DNA from: an uncultured Myxococcia bacterium
GTDB lineage: Bacteria; CAZTWC01
NCBI GenBank assembly: GCA_964617105.1
Contig: CAZTWC010000003.1
Coordinates: forward strand, 1 to 53,507
DNA length: 53,507 nt
Direction of reading: 5' to 3'
The notes below the pieces were generated by a model, which had not been told where the DNA came from, made no database searches, and saw only the letters and a program-made list of their open reading frames with translations. How positions within the stretch are numbered: position 1 is the stretch's first letter; each line of letters begins with the position of its first letter. This document shows positions 36,658 through 46,697 of this stretch, piece after piece. A program made the position numbers and the translations under genes.

Positions 36658-38055
36658 ATGACAAAAAATATACCGGCAAAAATAACCCTTCCATCTATAT
36701 TATTCCCCCTGCTCCTTTTATTTCTTGTAGCCGTCCCTTTCAACTTGCCAGCTCAAAGCCTTTTTGACCAGGCTATAAAACCGGCCACAAAACCAGCACT
36801 CGATTTTAACGGTTATATCCGTTCCGATATTTTTCTTGGACAAAAGGGAGATGCTACCGAGTTCCAAAGCGCCTACGCCGAGATAATGCTCAAGGCCATG
36901 CCCAAATTGGGTTATATTGCCCAGGGTTATGGCGAAGTCCGTCTTAAGGGAATTCCCGCTGCCGAGAACGGAAAAGATTGGGAAGCTGAGTTGCGGGAAG
37001 CATATATCTCCCTGGACTGGGATACCGTGGATTTACGCCTGGGCTACCAAATATTTGCCTGGGGCCGGGCCGATGGTTTCAATCCCACCGATAACCTTAC
37101 CCCCCAGGATATGGCGGTACGTTCTGCCCAGGAGGATGACCGGCGTCTGTCCAATCTGGCCTTGCGTTTATCTTTCAATCCCGAACCTTTCCGAATTATC
37201 TTCGCCTGGCTGCCCCTTTATCGGCCCAGTCGTTTGCCCGATTACCAGTTCCCTGGAAGAATGGCGGTTAAAACTCCTTTTGGGACCACCATCAACGTTA
37301 ATTTGAACCGATTAAACGCTTACTATCCCCAGCGACGGCTGGAAGACTCTACTTTTGCCTTAAAAGTCAATGCTGAATTGGCCGCTATTGATTTTTCGGT
37401 TTCCTATCTCAACGGTTTTGCCGGATTTGCCGGGTTTGAACTTTTACACCTGGTTCAAGCCGGCCCCTTTTTGGATATCTCGGTGCGACAACACCCTTTT
37501 CGGCAGCAAGTGGCAGGTTGTGATTTTAGTACTACTTTATGGGAGGCGGGCCTCCGAGGCGAAGCCGCTTTTTTCTGGCCCCAAGATTATAGGGAAAAAA
37601 TCTACGCCCCCAACCCCTATGCCATATACGTGCTGGGAGTTGACAAAGAATTTTTTAGCCAACTGTCGCTAATTTTACAATATATTGGCAAATGGACCCA
37701 CAATGGCGGTACGGGTAAAAATATCAAAAGCAAAACCCCCCTTGTCGACAGCGCCATGCCCCAGCTAATCACCATTAACCGGATGATCTTTAGCCAGCAG
37801 TATAAATGGCAAAGTTCTATCTCCACCAGGCTGGCCTGGACAACCCTGTATGACACTCTCACTCTGGAAATATTTGGTTTATATAATGTAAGCAGCCAGG
37901 AATATATGCTACGCCCCAGGCTCAAATACAAGGTGGCGGATGGAGTAGATTTTATCGCTGGCGCTGATATTTTGGGTGGTCCGAAGAGCACCATGATGGG
38001 AAAAGCGGACCAGTTAATGACTGCTGCTCTGGCGGAGTTGAAATATAGTTTTTAA
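36658..38055 (+). CDS. Outer-membrane beta-barrel protein (DUF1302 / alginate-export-like)
   Basis: Signal peptide. LRLGYQIFAWGRADGFNPTDNL motif. C-terminal ...AELKYSF with a terminal Phe (OMP signature). It lies 44 nt downstream of the LolA-like gene. Confidence 0.5.
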   Translation: MTKNIPAKITLPSILFPLLLLFLVAVPFNLPAQSLFDQAIKPATKPALDFNGYIRSDIFLGQKGDATEFQSAYAEIMLKAMPKLGYIAQGYGEVRLKGIPAAENGKDWEAELREAYISLDWDTVDLRLGYQIFAWGRADGFNPTDNLTPQDMAVRSAQEDDRRLSNLALRLSFNPEPFRIIFAWLPLYRPSRLPDYQFPGRMAVKTPFGTTINVNLNRLNAYYPQRRLEDSTFALKVNAELAAIDFSVSYLNGFAGFAGFELLHLVQAGPFLDISVRQHPFRQQVAGCDFSTTLWEAGLRGEAAFFWPQDYREKIYAPNPYAIYVLGVDKEFFSQLSLILQYIGKWTHNGGTGKNIKSKTPLVDSAMPQLITINRMIFSQQYKWQSSISTRLAWTTLYDTLTLEIFGLYNVSSQEYMLRPRLKYKVADGVDFIAGADILGGPKSTMMGKADQLMTAALAELKYSF

Positions 38056-38069
38056 GAACGAAAAGTTTG

Positions 38070-38092
38070 CCCCTGGTTCATGCCAGGGGTTT
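38070..38092. terminator. Candidate bidirectional intrinsic terminator between convergent genes
   Basis: CCCCTGG (38070-38076) / CCAGGGG (38083-38089), with a 6-nt loop, followed by TTT on the + strand and preceded by AAAA (TTTT on the - strand). Confidence 0.4.
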
Positions 38093-38144
38093 AACTCCCG
38101 GCATTTTAGCCCGGTGAAATCCGGGTTGAAAAAGGTTTCCGGAT

Positions 38145-39014
38145 CTAGTTGACATCATCCAGCAAGTTTTTCATCTCATTCCGGTATTGGCAAAGTTCAT
38201 CTTCCACCTGGCGGCGATTGGATACATCACGCAAGATACCCACTGCATTCCATTTACCATCCAGAGATACTGCTGAAATGGATATTTCTGTTATAATTTC
38301 TTCGCCATTTTTCCTCTTGGCAGTCATCTCCACCGTCTGCCCAATCAGAGGCCCTTGCCCGGTGTCCTGAAAATAACTGAACCCTTCAGTAAAACTGTGG
38401 TGGTATTTTGCCGGCATCAACATTTCCTGCATAGATTTACCCATAATCTCTTGCGCACTGTAACCAAATATCCTGAAGGCCGACTGATTCCAAAAAGATA
38501 TATTCCCTTTTTCATCCAGCATGATCACCGCATCCTGGGCAGATGTGCTGATGGCCTGGAATTTTTTTTCGCTATCATCTCTGGCTTTTTCAGCCGCCCG
38601 GCGCTCCTCTATCTCCCTTTGCAACTCTTTTTGAGTTTCTTTGAGAGCCAGAGTATGTCTGACCAATCCCCTCAACTCGTAAACGTTAAAAGGTTTATTT
38701 AAAAAAGAACTTATTCCCATATTGAAAGACTGCTTGATCTCCTCATCGCCTCCGTGTCCAGTAAGGACAATAATGGCAGTGGAATCAGCCGGAGATATGT
38801 TTATCTGGTTTAAAAACTCCAAACCATCCATCACCGGCATACGCAGATCCAGAATAATCAAATCAGGTTTTTCCTGCCGATATAGGTCCAGCCCCTCCTG
38901 GCCGTTGGCTGCAGTAATTATATCCAGATCTTCACAATAACCCAGTAGGGAAAACATAATGCTTTCTCTGACCATCTCTTCATCATCAACAATTAGTACT
39001 TTTTTGGCATCCAT
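38145..39014 (-). CDS. Response regulator with REC and PAS domains (no DNA-binding output recognised)
   Basis: VLIVDDEEMVRE...LIILDLRMPVMDG...LTGHG...KP receiver motifs, then a coiled-coil and a PAS fold (ISFWNQSAFRIFGYSAQEIMGKS...). Confidence 0.8.
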   Translation of the reverse strand: MDAKKVLIVDDEEMVRESIMFSLLGYCEDLDIITAANGQEGLDLYRQEKPDLIILDLRMPVMDGLEFLNQINISPADSTAIIVLTGHGGDEEIKQSFNMGISSFLNKPFNVYELRGLVRHTLALKETQKELQREIEERRAAEKARDDSEKKFQAISTSAQDAVIMLDEKGNISFWNQSAFRIFGYSAQEIMGKSMQEMLMPAKYHHSFTEGFSYFQDTGQGPLIGQTVEMTAKRKNGEEIITEISISAVSLDGKWNAVGILRDVSNRRQVEDELCQYRNEMKNLLDDVN

Positions 39015-39312
39015 TAATTCTCTCCGCGGGTAAAGTTATTATAAATTGGGCTCCCCGGTCAATTTATCCTGATTGGAATTCACAGATGACTCCAATAAGT
39101 GTTATAAATAAATTGCAGTGTACCATATTCCTGGCAGAAGACAACCCTTTTCTCTTGCCTGGAAAGCGAAAACCATCTATTATTATAGCAAGCAATAAAT
39201 CTCGATTTATCAAAATGAGCAATGTAACTGTCACCAAGAGTATGACTTCTGGTGACTAATAATAACTGCTATAACCTGGAAGTTCTGACAACATTAAAAG
39301 AATGGTGGCAAA

Positions 39313-40767
39313 ATGAAACTCAACCGATTTTTGATAAAACTATCTATCAGTGTTTTTTGGCTGATTTTTACCCTGACGCCCTTGGCAATTGCCAGGGATA
39401 ATAGCCAAAGTAACGATAGCAATGAAAAAAAGAGTTCGATTACCCATACCAAGAAGCGTCTACTTATTCTTCCATCCAAACAACTGGACAATCCTAAATC
39501 CATTGACAACCGCATCACTGCCATTGTGGCCAAAGCAGCCAGTGACTTAAAAAGATTCCAAATTATTGACCGTAACCATTTAAAAACAATTTTAAAAGAG
39601 ATCCAAGTGCAGATGAAGGATATGGTGGATGAAAATGACGTGGTGGAGTTAGGCAAAATCGCTGCTGCCAAAGAGGGAATAATCGTCCAGGTGGTCAACT
39701 TTGGCCAAAAAGGGGTGCCCCCCGAAGGCGAAGAGGACCAAGGTCTGTTTGAAAAAGTGGTGGTAGCCCTGATAACTAAGAGGGGAGAGGAGAAATATCC
39801 CAACAATATCCACACCACCTTGAGGGCTATTGTCAAAATGGTGAGTGTTGAAACCGGGCAAACCCTAAAATCATTCAATCTTAACGCCGAATATACCGGG
39901 GGCGTTAAGAGTCACTCCCTCAATCAGGTGCTTTCAAGAATCGAATCCCAGGCCTCTAGACAATTGCGCAAAATGTATTTGATTAACAGTGAAGTGTTGG
40001 AGAATCGAGATGGGGAGATAACCCTGCTCCTGGGGGAAGATATGGGCCTGACGCCAGGAATATGGTTTAATATCTATACACCGTCTAAAAAACGAAAAAT
40101 AGCCGGAAGAGAATTTGTTATCTTTGGCAAAAGAATTGGATTGATGGAGATTTCCGCTGTCAATGCCGATTCCAGCCAGGGAAAATTGGTACGTTGCTGG
40201 GATCAAGTCCTTCCTGGGCACAAATTGGTTGAGAATGCCAGCGGGGCTAACGGGGCCATCACTTTTGCCGGCATTTACAACCATGACTCCCGTTTCTCCA
40301 ACTTCAATTTTCAATTGGAGGCCTATCCCCTCAACCGAATAAGCGGCTTTTTTGACCTTGGACTTGGGTTTCTTAAGGACAGTCGAGATGAGATAGATTT
40401 TAATTTTTCGCTGGGCCTGGGTGTCATCGGTAGAATCATCAAAACCAACACTTTCGCTTTGGGAGGAATTTTCCGCGCGCCTCTGGTTTTTCCCTTTCGG
40501 GCAGATGACAACGACAACATGGTATCAAAATTAATTTTTTCACCCCGGGTGGGGGCTATATCTGAATTTATGGTGGATGACAACCTGGATTTGGTCCTTG
40601 CCGCCGAGTATCTATTGATCAGTGCTGGCACCAGTTGGCGATTTTCCAAAGGAGACGACGACGACTCGAGTGAGATGCCGGGAAAATGGACCTCTCCGAA
40701 CAGCCGTCCCGAAATTATTCAGCAGGGATTTTACTTTTCTCTGGGGATTAGATACCTGTTCTTTTAA
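39313..40767 (+). CDS. Secreted protein: CsgG/LpoB/FlgO-like N-terminal domain, beta-rich middle domain, small C-terminal beta-barrel
   Basis: Signal peptide ending PLAIA. RITAIVAKAASDLKRFQIIDRNHLKTILKEIQVQM...VELGKIAAAKEGIIVQV matches the CsgG/LpoB-type fold pattern. The C-terminus GFYFSLGIRYLFF has an OMP-type aromatic end. Confidence 0.45.
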   Translation: MKLNRFLIKLSISVFWLIFTLTPLAIARDNSQSNDSNEKKSSITHTKKRLLILPSKQLDNPKSIDNRITAIVAKAASDLKRFQIIDRNHLKTILKEIQVQMKDMVDENDVVELGKIAAAKEGIIVQVVNFGQKGVPPEGEEDQGLFEKVVVALITKRGEEKYPNNIHTTLRAIVKMVSVETGQTLKSFNLNAEYTGGVKSHSLNQVLSRIESQASRQLRKMYLINSEVLENRDGEITLLLGEDMGLTPGIWFNIYTPSKKRKIAGREFVIFGKRIGLMEISAVNADSSQGKLVRCWDQVLPGHKLVENASGANGAITFAGIYNHDSRFSNFNFQLEAYPLNRISGFFDLGLGFLKDSRDEIDFNFSLGLGVIGRIIKTNTFALGGIFRAPLVFPFRADDNDNMVSKLIFSPRVGAISEFMVDDNLDLVLAAEYLLISAGTSWRFSKGDDDDSSEMPGKWTSPNSRPEIIQQGFYFSLGIRYLFF

Positions 40768-40784
40768 TTTCTCCTTTTTTATCC

Positions 40785-40813
40785 TTGACATAACCCCAAA
40801 TTTTAGATAATTA
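40785..40813 (+). promoter_or_regulatory. Putative sigma70-type promoter of rplU-rpmA
   Basis: TTGACA (40785-40790) followed after 15-17 nt by the overlapping -10 candidates GATAAT / ATAATT / TAATTA (40806-40813). Confidence 0.3.
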
Positions 40814-40854
40814 ATACTGCTCTCCAAAATTTTAGATAGATAGAGGACAAAACC

Positions 40855-41271
40855 ATGTATGCTGTAATTAAAAGTGGTGGAAAGCAATATCGTGTTTCAC
40901 CAGGCGAAAGAGTAAGATTGGAATCATTACCCGGCCAGGAAAAAGAGAAAATTGATTTTTCCCATGTCTTAATGGTGGGTGGTGCCGATACAGAAACGAT
41001 ACTCGGCTGTCCGGTACTTGATAATGTCAAAGTAACCGCCACCGTGCTGAGACAAGGCAAAGAGAAAAAACTGATAGTTTTCAAAAAGAAACGCAGAAAA
41101 GATTCGGCCAAAAAACAAGGTCATCGCCAACAGTTTACTGAAGTGGTTATAGATGAAATTGTTTTTGACGGCCAGAAGACGGAAGCCCCTAGTATTGAAA
41201 CTACTCAATCTGAGCCCATCCAGACCGAAGATACAGTTGAAGAAAAAACTCAAGAAAATATTTCTGAATAA
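40855..41271 (+). CDS. rplU: 50S ribosomal protein L21 with an acidic C-terminal extension of about 35 aa
   Basis: MYAVIKSGGKQYRV... canonical L21 N-terminus. Confidence 0.9.
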   Translation: MYAVIKSGGKQYRVSPGERVRLESLPGQEKEKIDFSHVLMVGGADTETILGCPVLDNVKVTATVLRQGKEKKLIVFKKKRRKDSAKKQGHRQQFTEVVIDEIVFDGQKTEAPSIETTQSEPIQTEDTVEEKTQENISE

Positions 41272-41289
41272 ATAAAAAGGAAATTTGTA

Positions 41290-41556
41290 ATGGCACATAA
41301 AAAGGGTCAAGGCTCTACTCGTAATGGCAGGGATAGTAACGCTCAAAGACGGGGTGTAAAAAAATTCGGTGGACAATTGGTTCGAGCCGGCAATATCCTG
41401 GTTAGACAGGTAGGCAGTAAGCTCCATCCCGGCAACAACGTGGGAATGGGTAACGATTTTACCCTGTTTGCCAAAATAGACGGTCAGGTAAAATTTGAAT
41501 ATTTCAAAAAGGGACGGCAGAGAGTAAGCGTGTATGCCGCTTCGGAAGCCAACTAA
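41290..41556 (+). CDS. rpmA: 50S ribosomal protein L27
   Basis: [24 protein letters not shown]... canonical L27. Confidence 0.95.
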   Translation: MAHKKGQGSTRNGRDSNAQRRGVKKFGGQLVRAGNILVRQVGSKLHPGNNVGMGNDFTLFAKIDGQVKFEYFKKGRQRVSVYAASEAN

Positions 41557-41688
41557 AGTTTTCTCCCTTTATAAAATAATACCTTCCCTTTATTTTCTCC
41601 TCTCCCCTTCTTGTATTTTTAGGTATTCGGATGTATCTCCGCGCCTCCAAATTCACGCTATGAACAATATTTTCAATCACGACTATAG

Positions 41689-42687
41689 ATGAAGTTCATT
41701 GATCAAATAAAAATATATATCCGGGCTGGTAAGGGTGGGATGGGATGCGCCAGTTTCAAGCGGACCCGGACTATCCCTTTAGGTGGCCCTGATGGCGGAA
41801 ATGGCGGCCGGGGCGGAGATATTATTTTACAGGGAGAACTGTCTATAAACACCCTGGAGCCGCTTTTTTATCGAAACCAACTCAAAGCGGAAAAAGGTAA
41901 GCAAGGCTCCAGCAGAAACAAAACCGGAGCCGGAGGTAAAGATCTATTGGCCAAAGTTCCCCTGGGCACGGTGGTATGGGATCAGGAAAGCGGCAAAATG
42001 GTTGGCGAATTGCTGAGCCAAGGCCAAAAACTGACGGTGGCTCAGGGCGGGAAAGGTGGCCGGGGCAATCTCTCTTTTAAAAGCAACCGCAATCGGGCGC
42101 CTAAAACCGCCACCCAGGGTGAAGAGGGAGAAGCCGGATGGCTCCGCCTGGAGTTGAAACTGATGGCAGACGTAGGCCTAATCGGTTTCCCAAATACCGG
42201 CAAGTCAACCCTGCTCAACAGTATATCCAGGGCAGCCAGCAAAGTTGGTCATTACCCATTTACCACTCTCACTCCAAAATTAGGTTCTGTTCAACTGCCC
42301 AATTATAGACGGTTTACCCTCTCTGATCTGCCCGGATTGATCAAAAACGCCCATAAAGGTACCGGATTGGGAACCAGATTTTTACGCCATGTAGAAAGGA
42401 ACCGAATTTTCCTCCATCTACTGAGCCTGGAGCACGAAGATGATGACCTGGAGTCCAATTTTGAGGCTATAAACAGCGAAATTTTCACTTTTAATCCTCA
42501 ATTGGCTGAAAAACCTCAGATGGTGGTGTTGAATAAAATAGATATAGATATGGTCAAAGAAAAAAGCCAATATTGGCAAGAAAAGTTTGCCCAGCGACAG
42601 GTGAAATTACATCTTATCTCCGCCAAACAGGGACTGGGAATTGACAGCCTGAAAGAACTCCTGGGACAACGGCTGTGCGTGAAGTAG
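41689..42687 (+). CDS. obg: GTPase Obg/CgtA
   Basis: Gly-rich Obg fold (GGDGGNGGRGG..., GGKGGRGN). G1 GFPNTGKST, G3 DLPG, G4 NKID. Conserved rplU-rpmA-obg order. Confidence 0.9.
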   Translation: MKFIDQIKIYIRAGKGGMGCASFKRTRTIPLGGPDGGNGGRGGDIILQGELSINTLEPLFYRNQLKAEKGKQGSSRNKTGAGGKDLLAKVPLGTVVWDQESGKMVGELLSQGQKLTVAQGGKGGRGNLSFKSNRNRAPKTATQGEEGEAGWLRLELKLMADVGLIGFPNTGKSTLLNSISRAASKVGHYPFTTLTPKLGSVQLPNYRRFTLSDLPGLIKNAHKGTGLGTRFLRHVERNRIFLHLLSLEHEDDDLESNFEAINSEIFTFNPQLAEKPQMVVLNKIDIDMVKEKSQYWQEKFAQRQVKLHLISAKQGLGIDSLKELLGQRLCVK

Positions 42688-44090
42688 AATATATTAGTAA
42701 CCCATCCTCCCTTCCTGGACTGGCGCCGGCCGGCTCCCATCCTATTTTCCTATACAGTTCCAATGAAACTTTGTCTCCTCCCCAATTTTCCTATTTTTCC
42801 CTGCTCCCAAAAGCCTTGATCCAGGTAAACGGCAGCACCGTTAAAATTAAACGACCTAAAAAACGGGAGGAAACTTACTCCTCCACCCGGGTCCTCTCTT
42901 TTTTAGGTAAATTTTTTCAACAATTGCAACAAGAAGAGTTAGATAATAATTGCAACCGAAACAACTCTACCCTGATTTCACCATTAAAAAAACCTTTTTT
43001 CAGTGGCGGTCTGGTAGGCTTTTTCTCCTATGAATTCGGTGCGCTTTCCGGGGCACTCACTCCGCCAAACCAGGAACAGAAGATAACTCCCGATGCCTGG
43101 CTGGCTTTTTATAACCAGGGATTGATCTTTGACCATTATCAACAGCGTGGCTACCTGTTTGGAGAGGATAGAGATGATACCGCTCAACTTTTACTACAAA
43201 TCTGCCGGCAATATTTCCAAAAGCAAAATTCTCCTCCTCTAAATTTGCCATCTCCTGACCTCAAGATATCTTCTACTCTCTCCCAGGAGGATTTTCAGAA
43301 AAAAATTGTCAAATGCCTGGAATATATTGCTGCAGGCGATATCTACCAGGCCAATATTTCCCACCGTTTTCAGGGAGAGGTATCAACTCCCGCGCCCTAT
43401 CTCTTTGAACAATTACAAACTATCAATCCCGCCCCTTTTGCCGCCTATTTGGATTGTGGCCCCTTTCAAATAATTTCTAATTCACCAGAGATGTTTTTCA
43501 ATTTCCAGCAAAAAAGCGGCCATATTGTAACCGCTCCCATTAAGGGAACCTGCGGCCGCGGAGACACCCCAAAAGAAGATATGGCTATGGCCTCCTCCTT
43601 ACAAGCCAGCGAGAAAGACCGGGCAGAAAATTTGATGATCGTCGATTTGGAGAGAAACGACCTGGGACGTTTCTGCCATAACCATTCTGTGGAAGTAACC
43701 CGACTCTTCGACTTGGTTACCTTTCCCCACTGGCATCATCTGGTCAGCGAAATTAAAGGGAGAGCCAAACCGGGTAGCCATGTGTTCACCTGTTTGGAAA
43801 ATATGTTTCCCGGAGGATCTATTACCGGTGCACCCAAGATAAGATCGATGCAGATAATCCGTGAATTGGAACCCACCGCCCGGGGTATTTATACTGGTTC
43901 CATCGGTTATATTGACTTGAGCGGTGATGCTCTCTTCAATATCGCTATCAGGACGGCGGTCAAGCGGGATAATCAGCTCTACTTCCAGGTGGGGGGAGGG
44001 ATTGTGGCTGATTCAGATCCAGAAAAAGAGTATTTGGAAACCATGGTCAAAGCCAGCGCGTTTTTTAAGATGCTAGGTATAGAACCGTGA
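42675..44090 (+). CDS. Chorismate-binding enzyme, aminodeoxychorismate synthase component I-like (PabB/TrpE family)
   Basis: C-terminal chorismate-binding motifs AENLMIVDLERND, FPGGSITGAPK, RGIYTGSIGY and GGGIVADSDPEKE. The GTG start overlaps obg by 13 nt. PabB versus TrpE versus MenF cannot be resolved here. Confidence 0.75.
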   Translation: MREVEYISNPSSLPGLAPAGSHPIFLYSSNETLSPPQFSYFSLLPKALIQVNGSTVKIKRPKKREETYSSTRVLSFLGKFFQQLQQEELDNNCNRNNSTLISPLKKPFFSGGLVGFFSYEFGALSGALTPPNQEQKITPDAWLAFYNQGLIFDHYQQRGYLFGEDRDDTAQLLLQICRQYFQKQNSPPLNLPSPDLKISSTLSQEDFQKKIVKCLEYIAAGDIYQANISHRFQGEVSTPAPYLFEQLQTINPAPFAAYLDCGPFQIISNSPEMFFNFQQKSGHIVTAPIKGTCGRGDTPKEDMAMASSLQASEKDRAENLMIVDLERNDLGRFCHNHSVEVTRLFDLVTFPHWHHLVSEIKGRAKPGSHVFTCLENMFPGGSITGAPKIRSMQIIRELEPTARGIYTGSIGYIDLSGDALFNIAIRTAVKRDNQLYFQVGGGIVADSDPEKEYLETMVKASAFFKMLGIEP

Positions 44091-44140
44091 CTGCTCCTGG
44101 AAATTGAATTACCGGGAATTCTTGCTATGTTGTCTTAAAT

Positions 44141-45880
44141 CTACATCTCCTCCAGGGGTTCTATTCCAAGCACTCTAAGGCCGGAGGCCAAAACTGCCTT
44201 CACTGCAAAAAGCAGGTTCAATCGACTCTCTTTTACTTCCTGTTCAGCGTCCTTAACCGGGCAATTATGATAAAAACGATTAAATTCCTTACAGAGTTCA
44301 TATAAGTACTGGCATAGCCGCACCAGGGAAAAATCGTACTGACAATCTGAAAGTACCTGATTGAACCCCATCAACTTGTAGATCACCACCTTCTCGGCCG
44401 GGTGAGCCAGGATATATTCTTGCCGTTTCTTTGGTTCTGTAACCCCCAGCTTTCTGATAATACCGCAAATTCGGGCATGGCTGTAGAGCAGGTAGGCTCC
44501 GGTCTCTCCTTCGAAATCGAGCCATTTTTCCATTTCAAAAACCACCCGTTTGTTATTTCCCTGAGAGAGCATCCCATACTTGAGACTGGCCAGGGCTATG
44601 GCTCTCGCCACCGCCACTTTTTTCTGCGGGCTCCAATCTTTTTTATCCAGGTAAAGGCGAGAAATGGTATCTATGATATCGGTTTTCAACTCCTCAAAGG
44701 TGACCACATTTCCCTGTCGGGAAGACATTTTGCCCTGGGGCAGCATAACTAACTCATAATTCACATGGCGGCAATGCCTGGCTTTGACAAAGCCCATCAT
44801 TTCCAAGGTTTTGAACAGTTGTTGAAAATAGAGACTCTGCTCAGACCCAACTACATAATATGAAAAATCTACCTTGAACTGCTCAAATTTTTGCTTGGCC
44901 AAAGAAAGATCCTTGGTGGCATATAATGATGTTCCATCTGACTTCAACACCAAAAAAGCGCCCATCTGGCTGGCGGAAAGGTCACAGATAACTGCTCCTT
45001 CACTGATTTTAAAAATCCCTTTTTGGAGATATTCATTAACCATTTCCCGACCAGTTTTTTCTACTTCACTCTCATAAAAGACATGATCAAATTTGATGTT
45101 GAGCCACTTATAAATCTGGTCGAAATTTTCCAAAGACCAATTTCTGGTTTGTTGCCAAAGTTTTTCCAACCTGGCATCTCCATTTTCCAACTGCTTCAAG
45201 TATTCGGATATCTCTTTTTTGTATTTTTTTTGTTGCTCATCATCAGCCTCTGACAGCAACCGGGTGGCCTGAGTATATAATTTGCCCAACCAGGCGCCCT
45301 GGTTCTCTTTGGGCGGTGGATCATCGGCCAGGTTATGATGCTGGTCGTAGTACCAAAGAAACTTGGCAATATGCGCTCCGCTGTCGCCGATATAGTTGGC
45401 AGATACCACCAGATAACCATTGTGCTGAAAAATCCTGACCAGGGCGTCTCCCAGGCAGACATTTCTCAGGTGCCCCACATGAAAACTCTTATGAGTATTA
45501 GGTTGGGAAAACTCTATCATAACTTTGGCCCGCTGCTGACCCGTATTACCCTCCAGAAAATCCCCGCTGAAAATATCTTGGCTCAAGTCTCCAAAAATAT
45601 TGGGTAAATTGTAATAAAAATTCACATAGGCCTTGACAGTTTTTACCTCTTCAATTAAAGCATACTCAGGATCATCCAGATGTTTATCGACAAAATCTTT
45701 AATCTCGGCAGCAATTTCCTGCGGCTTTTGATGAAAAATTTTGGCCAGACCAAAGCAGGGAAGCGCCAGGTGTCCAAAATTCAAGTCGGTGGGAGACTCC
45801 AACAAATTTTGAATTATCGATTTGTCTATCTCTAATTTATCTGCCAGTAAAGAGGCTATTTTTTTTTGCATAGACAGCAT
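44141..45880 (-). CDS. argS: Arginine--tRNA ligase
   Basis: Class I HIGH-type FHVGHLR, KMSSRQG (KMSKS-like), and a C-terminal DALR anticodon-binding-like region. Confidence 0.9.
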   Translation of the reverse strand: MLSMQKKIASLLADKLEIDKSIIQNLLESPTDLNFGHLALPCFGLAKIFHQKPQEIAAEIKDFVDKHLDDPEYALIEEVKTVKAYVNFYYNLPNIFGDLSQDIFSGDFLEGNTGQQRAKVMIEFSQPNTHKSFHVGHLRNVCLGDALVRIFQHNGYLVVSANYIGDSGAHIAKFLWYYDQHHNLADDPPPKENQGAWLGKLYTQATRLLSEADDEQQKKYKKEISEYLKQLENGDARLEKLWQQTRNWSLENFDQIYKWLNIKFDHVFYESEVEKTGREMVNEYLQKGIFKISEGAVICDLSASQMGAFLVLKSDGTSLYATKDLSLAKQKFEQFKVDFSYYVVGSEQSLYFQQLFKTLEMMGFVKARHCRHVNYELVMLPQGKMSSRQGNVVTFEELKTDIIDTISRLYLDKKDWSPQKKVAVARAIALASLKYGMLSQGNNKRVVFEMEKWLDFEGETGAYLLYSHARICGIIRKLGVTEPKKRQEYILAHPAEKVVIYKLMGFNQVLSDCQYDFSLVRLCQYLYELCKEFNRFYHNCPVKDAEQEVKESRLNLLFAVKAVLASGLRVLGIEPLEEM

Positions 45881-45920
45881 ATTTATCTCCTTTTACCCGA
45901 TTGATGGACCAGGCCTTACA

Positions 45921-46460
45921 TTATTTCAGTATTTCAGTTATAGAGATGTCAACTCCGGTCTCATCCAACACCGATCTCAATATCTCTTCTAAATATTTTT
46001 TCCCCAATTTCGAAAAAATTTCGACCTCCATCTCCATATTATAATATGGTACAGTTCCCCGGGACTGTAAATAACTCCGTAAATTTCGGATATTTATACC
46101 GGCATCGGCCAGGGCCTTGGAAATGCAATAAACCAACCCCTTGCAATCAGCAGACTTGATAGAAAGCCGGTAATAATTGTTGCTGATGTCTTCTGGTTTG
46201 CAAATAAACTCTTCGTCGCCCAGAGCTCTGATAAAAATAGACAAATTGCTAACCTTACTCATGGGCTGAAGGACGCAGGCAATTTTTTCCAGGGTAATCT
46301 GGTCAGGAGCGGAAAAAATAAAAATCATGGCGAATTCATTCCTGAGCAAGGCGGAATTGGAATCGGCCAGGTTACAGTCCAATGTGTAGAGGATTTCACA
46401 AACCCCGGATATTATACCGGGACGATCTTTTCCCAGCACCGTGATGGCAAAGTGTTTCAT
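45921..46460 (-). CDS. Tandem ACT-domain protein (GcvR-like)
   Basis: MKHFAITVLGKDRPGIISGV... and a second ACT-like half (YRLSIKSADCKGLVYCISKALADAGINI). Confidence 0.6.
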   Translation of the reverse strand: MKHFAITVLGKDRPGIISGVCEILYTLDCNLADSNSALLRNEFAMIFIFSAPDQITLEKIACVLQPMSKVSNLSIFIRALGDEEFICKPEDISNNYYRLSIKSADCKGLVYCISKALADAGINIRNLRSYLQSRGTVPYYNMEMEVEIFSKLGKKYLEEILRSVLDETGVDISITEILK

Positions 46461-46561
46461 CGAATAACCTTTAGTAGTTGCTGATGAACCGGTATTCTAG
46501 CCTAAAAAGTGAAAAAAAGGAACATTTAAAAGAATCCGGGTAAGGCGATTCTGATTAGATA

Positions 46562-46589
46562 TTGCTAAATAATCTTGGCGTGATATAAT
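46562..46589 (+). promoter_or_regulatory. Putative sigma70-type promoter
   Basis: TTGCTA (46562-46567), 16-nt spacer, TATAAT (46584-46589), about 110 nt upstream of the 46698 ATG. Confidence 0.3.
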
Positions 46590-46697
46590 ATTATATTCAT
46601 TATAACCAGAGAATAATACCAAAGAAATTCAGGTAAAAACTGCCTGAAAAAAATAACCTCTGGGCAATTTCATGAACAAATCTGTGTTAAAAAAAAT

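Noticed and set aside
40855-41271. C-terminal acidic extension of about 35 aa on ribosomal protein L21
   Set aside because: Lineage-specific tails on L21 are common. Nothing in the sequence suggests a fusion or a frameshift.
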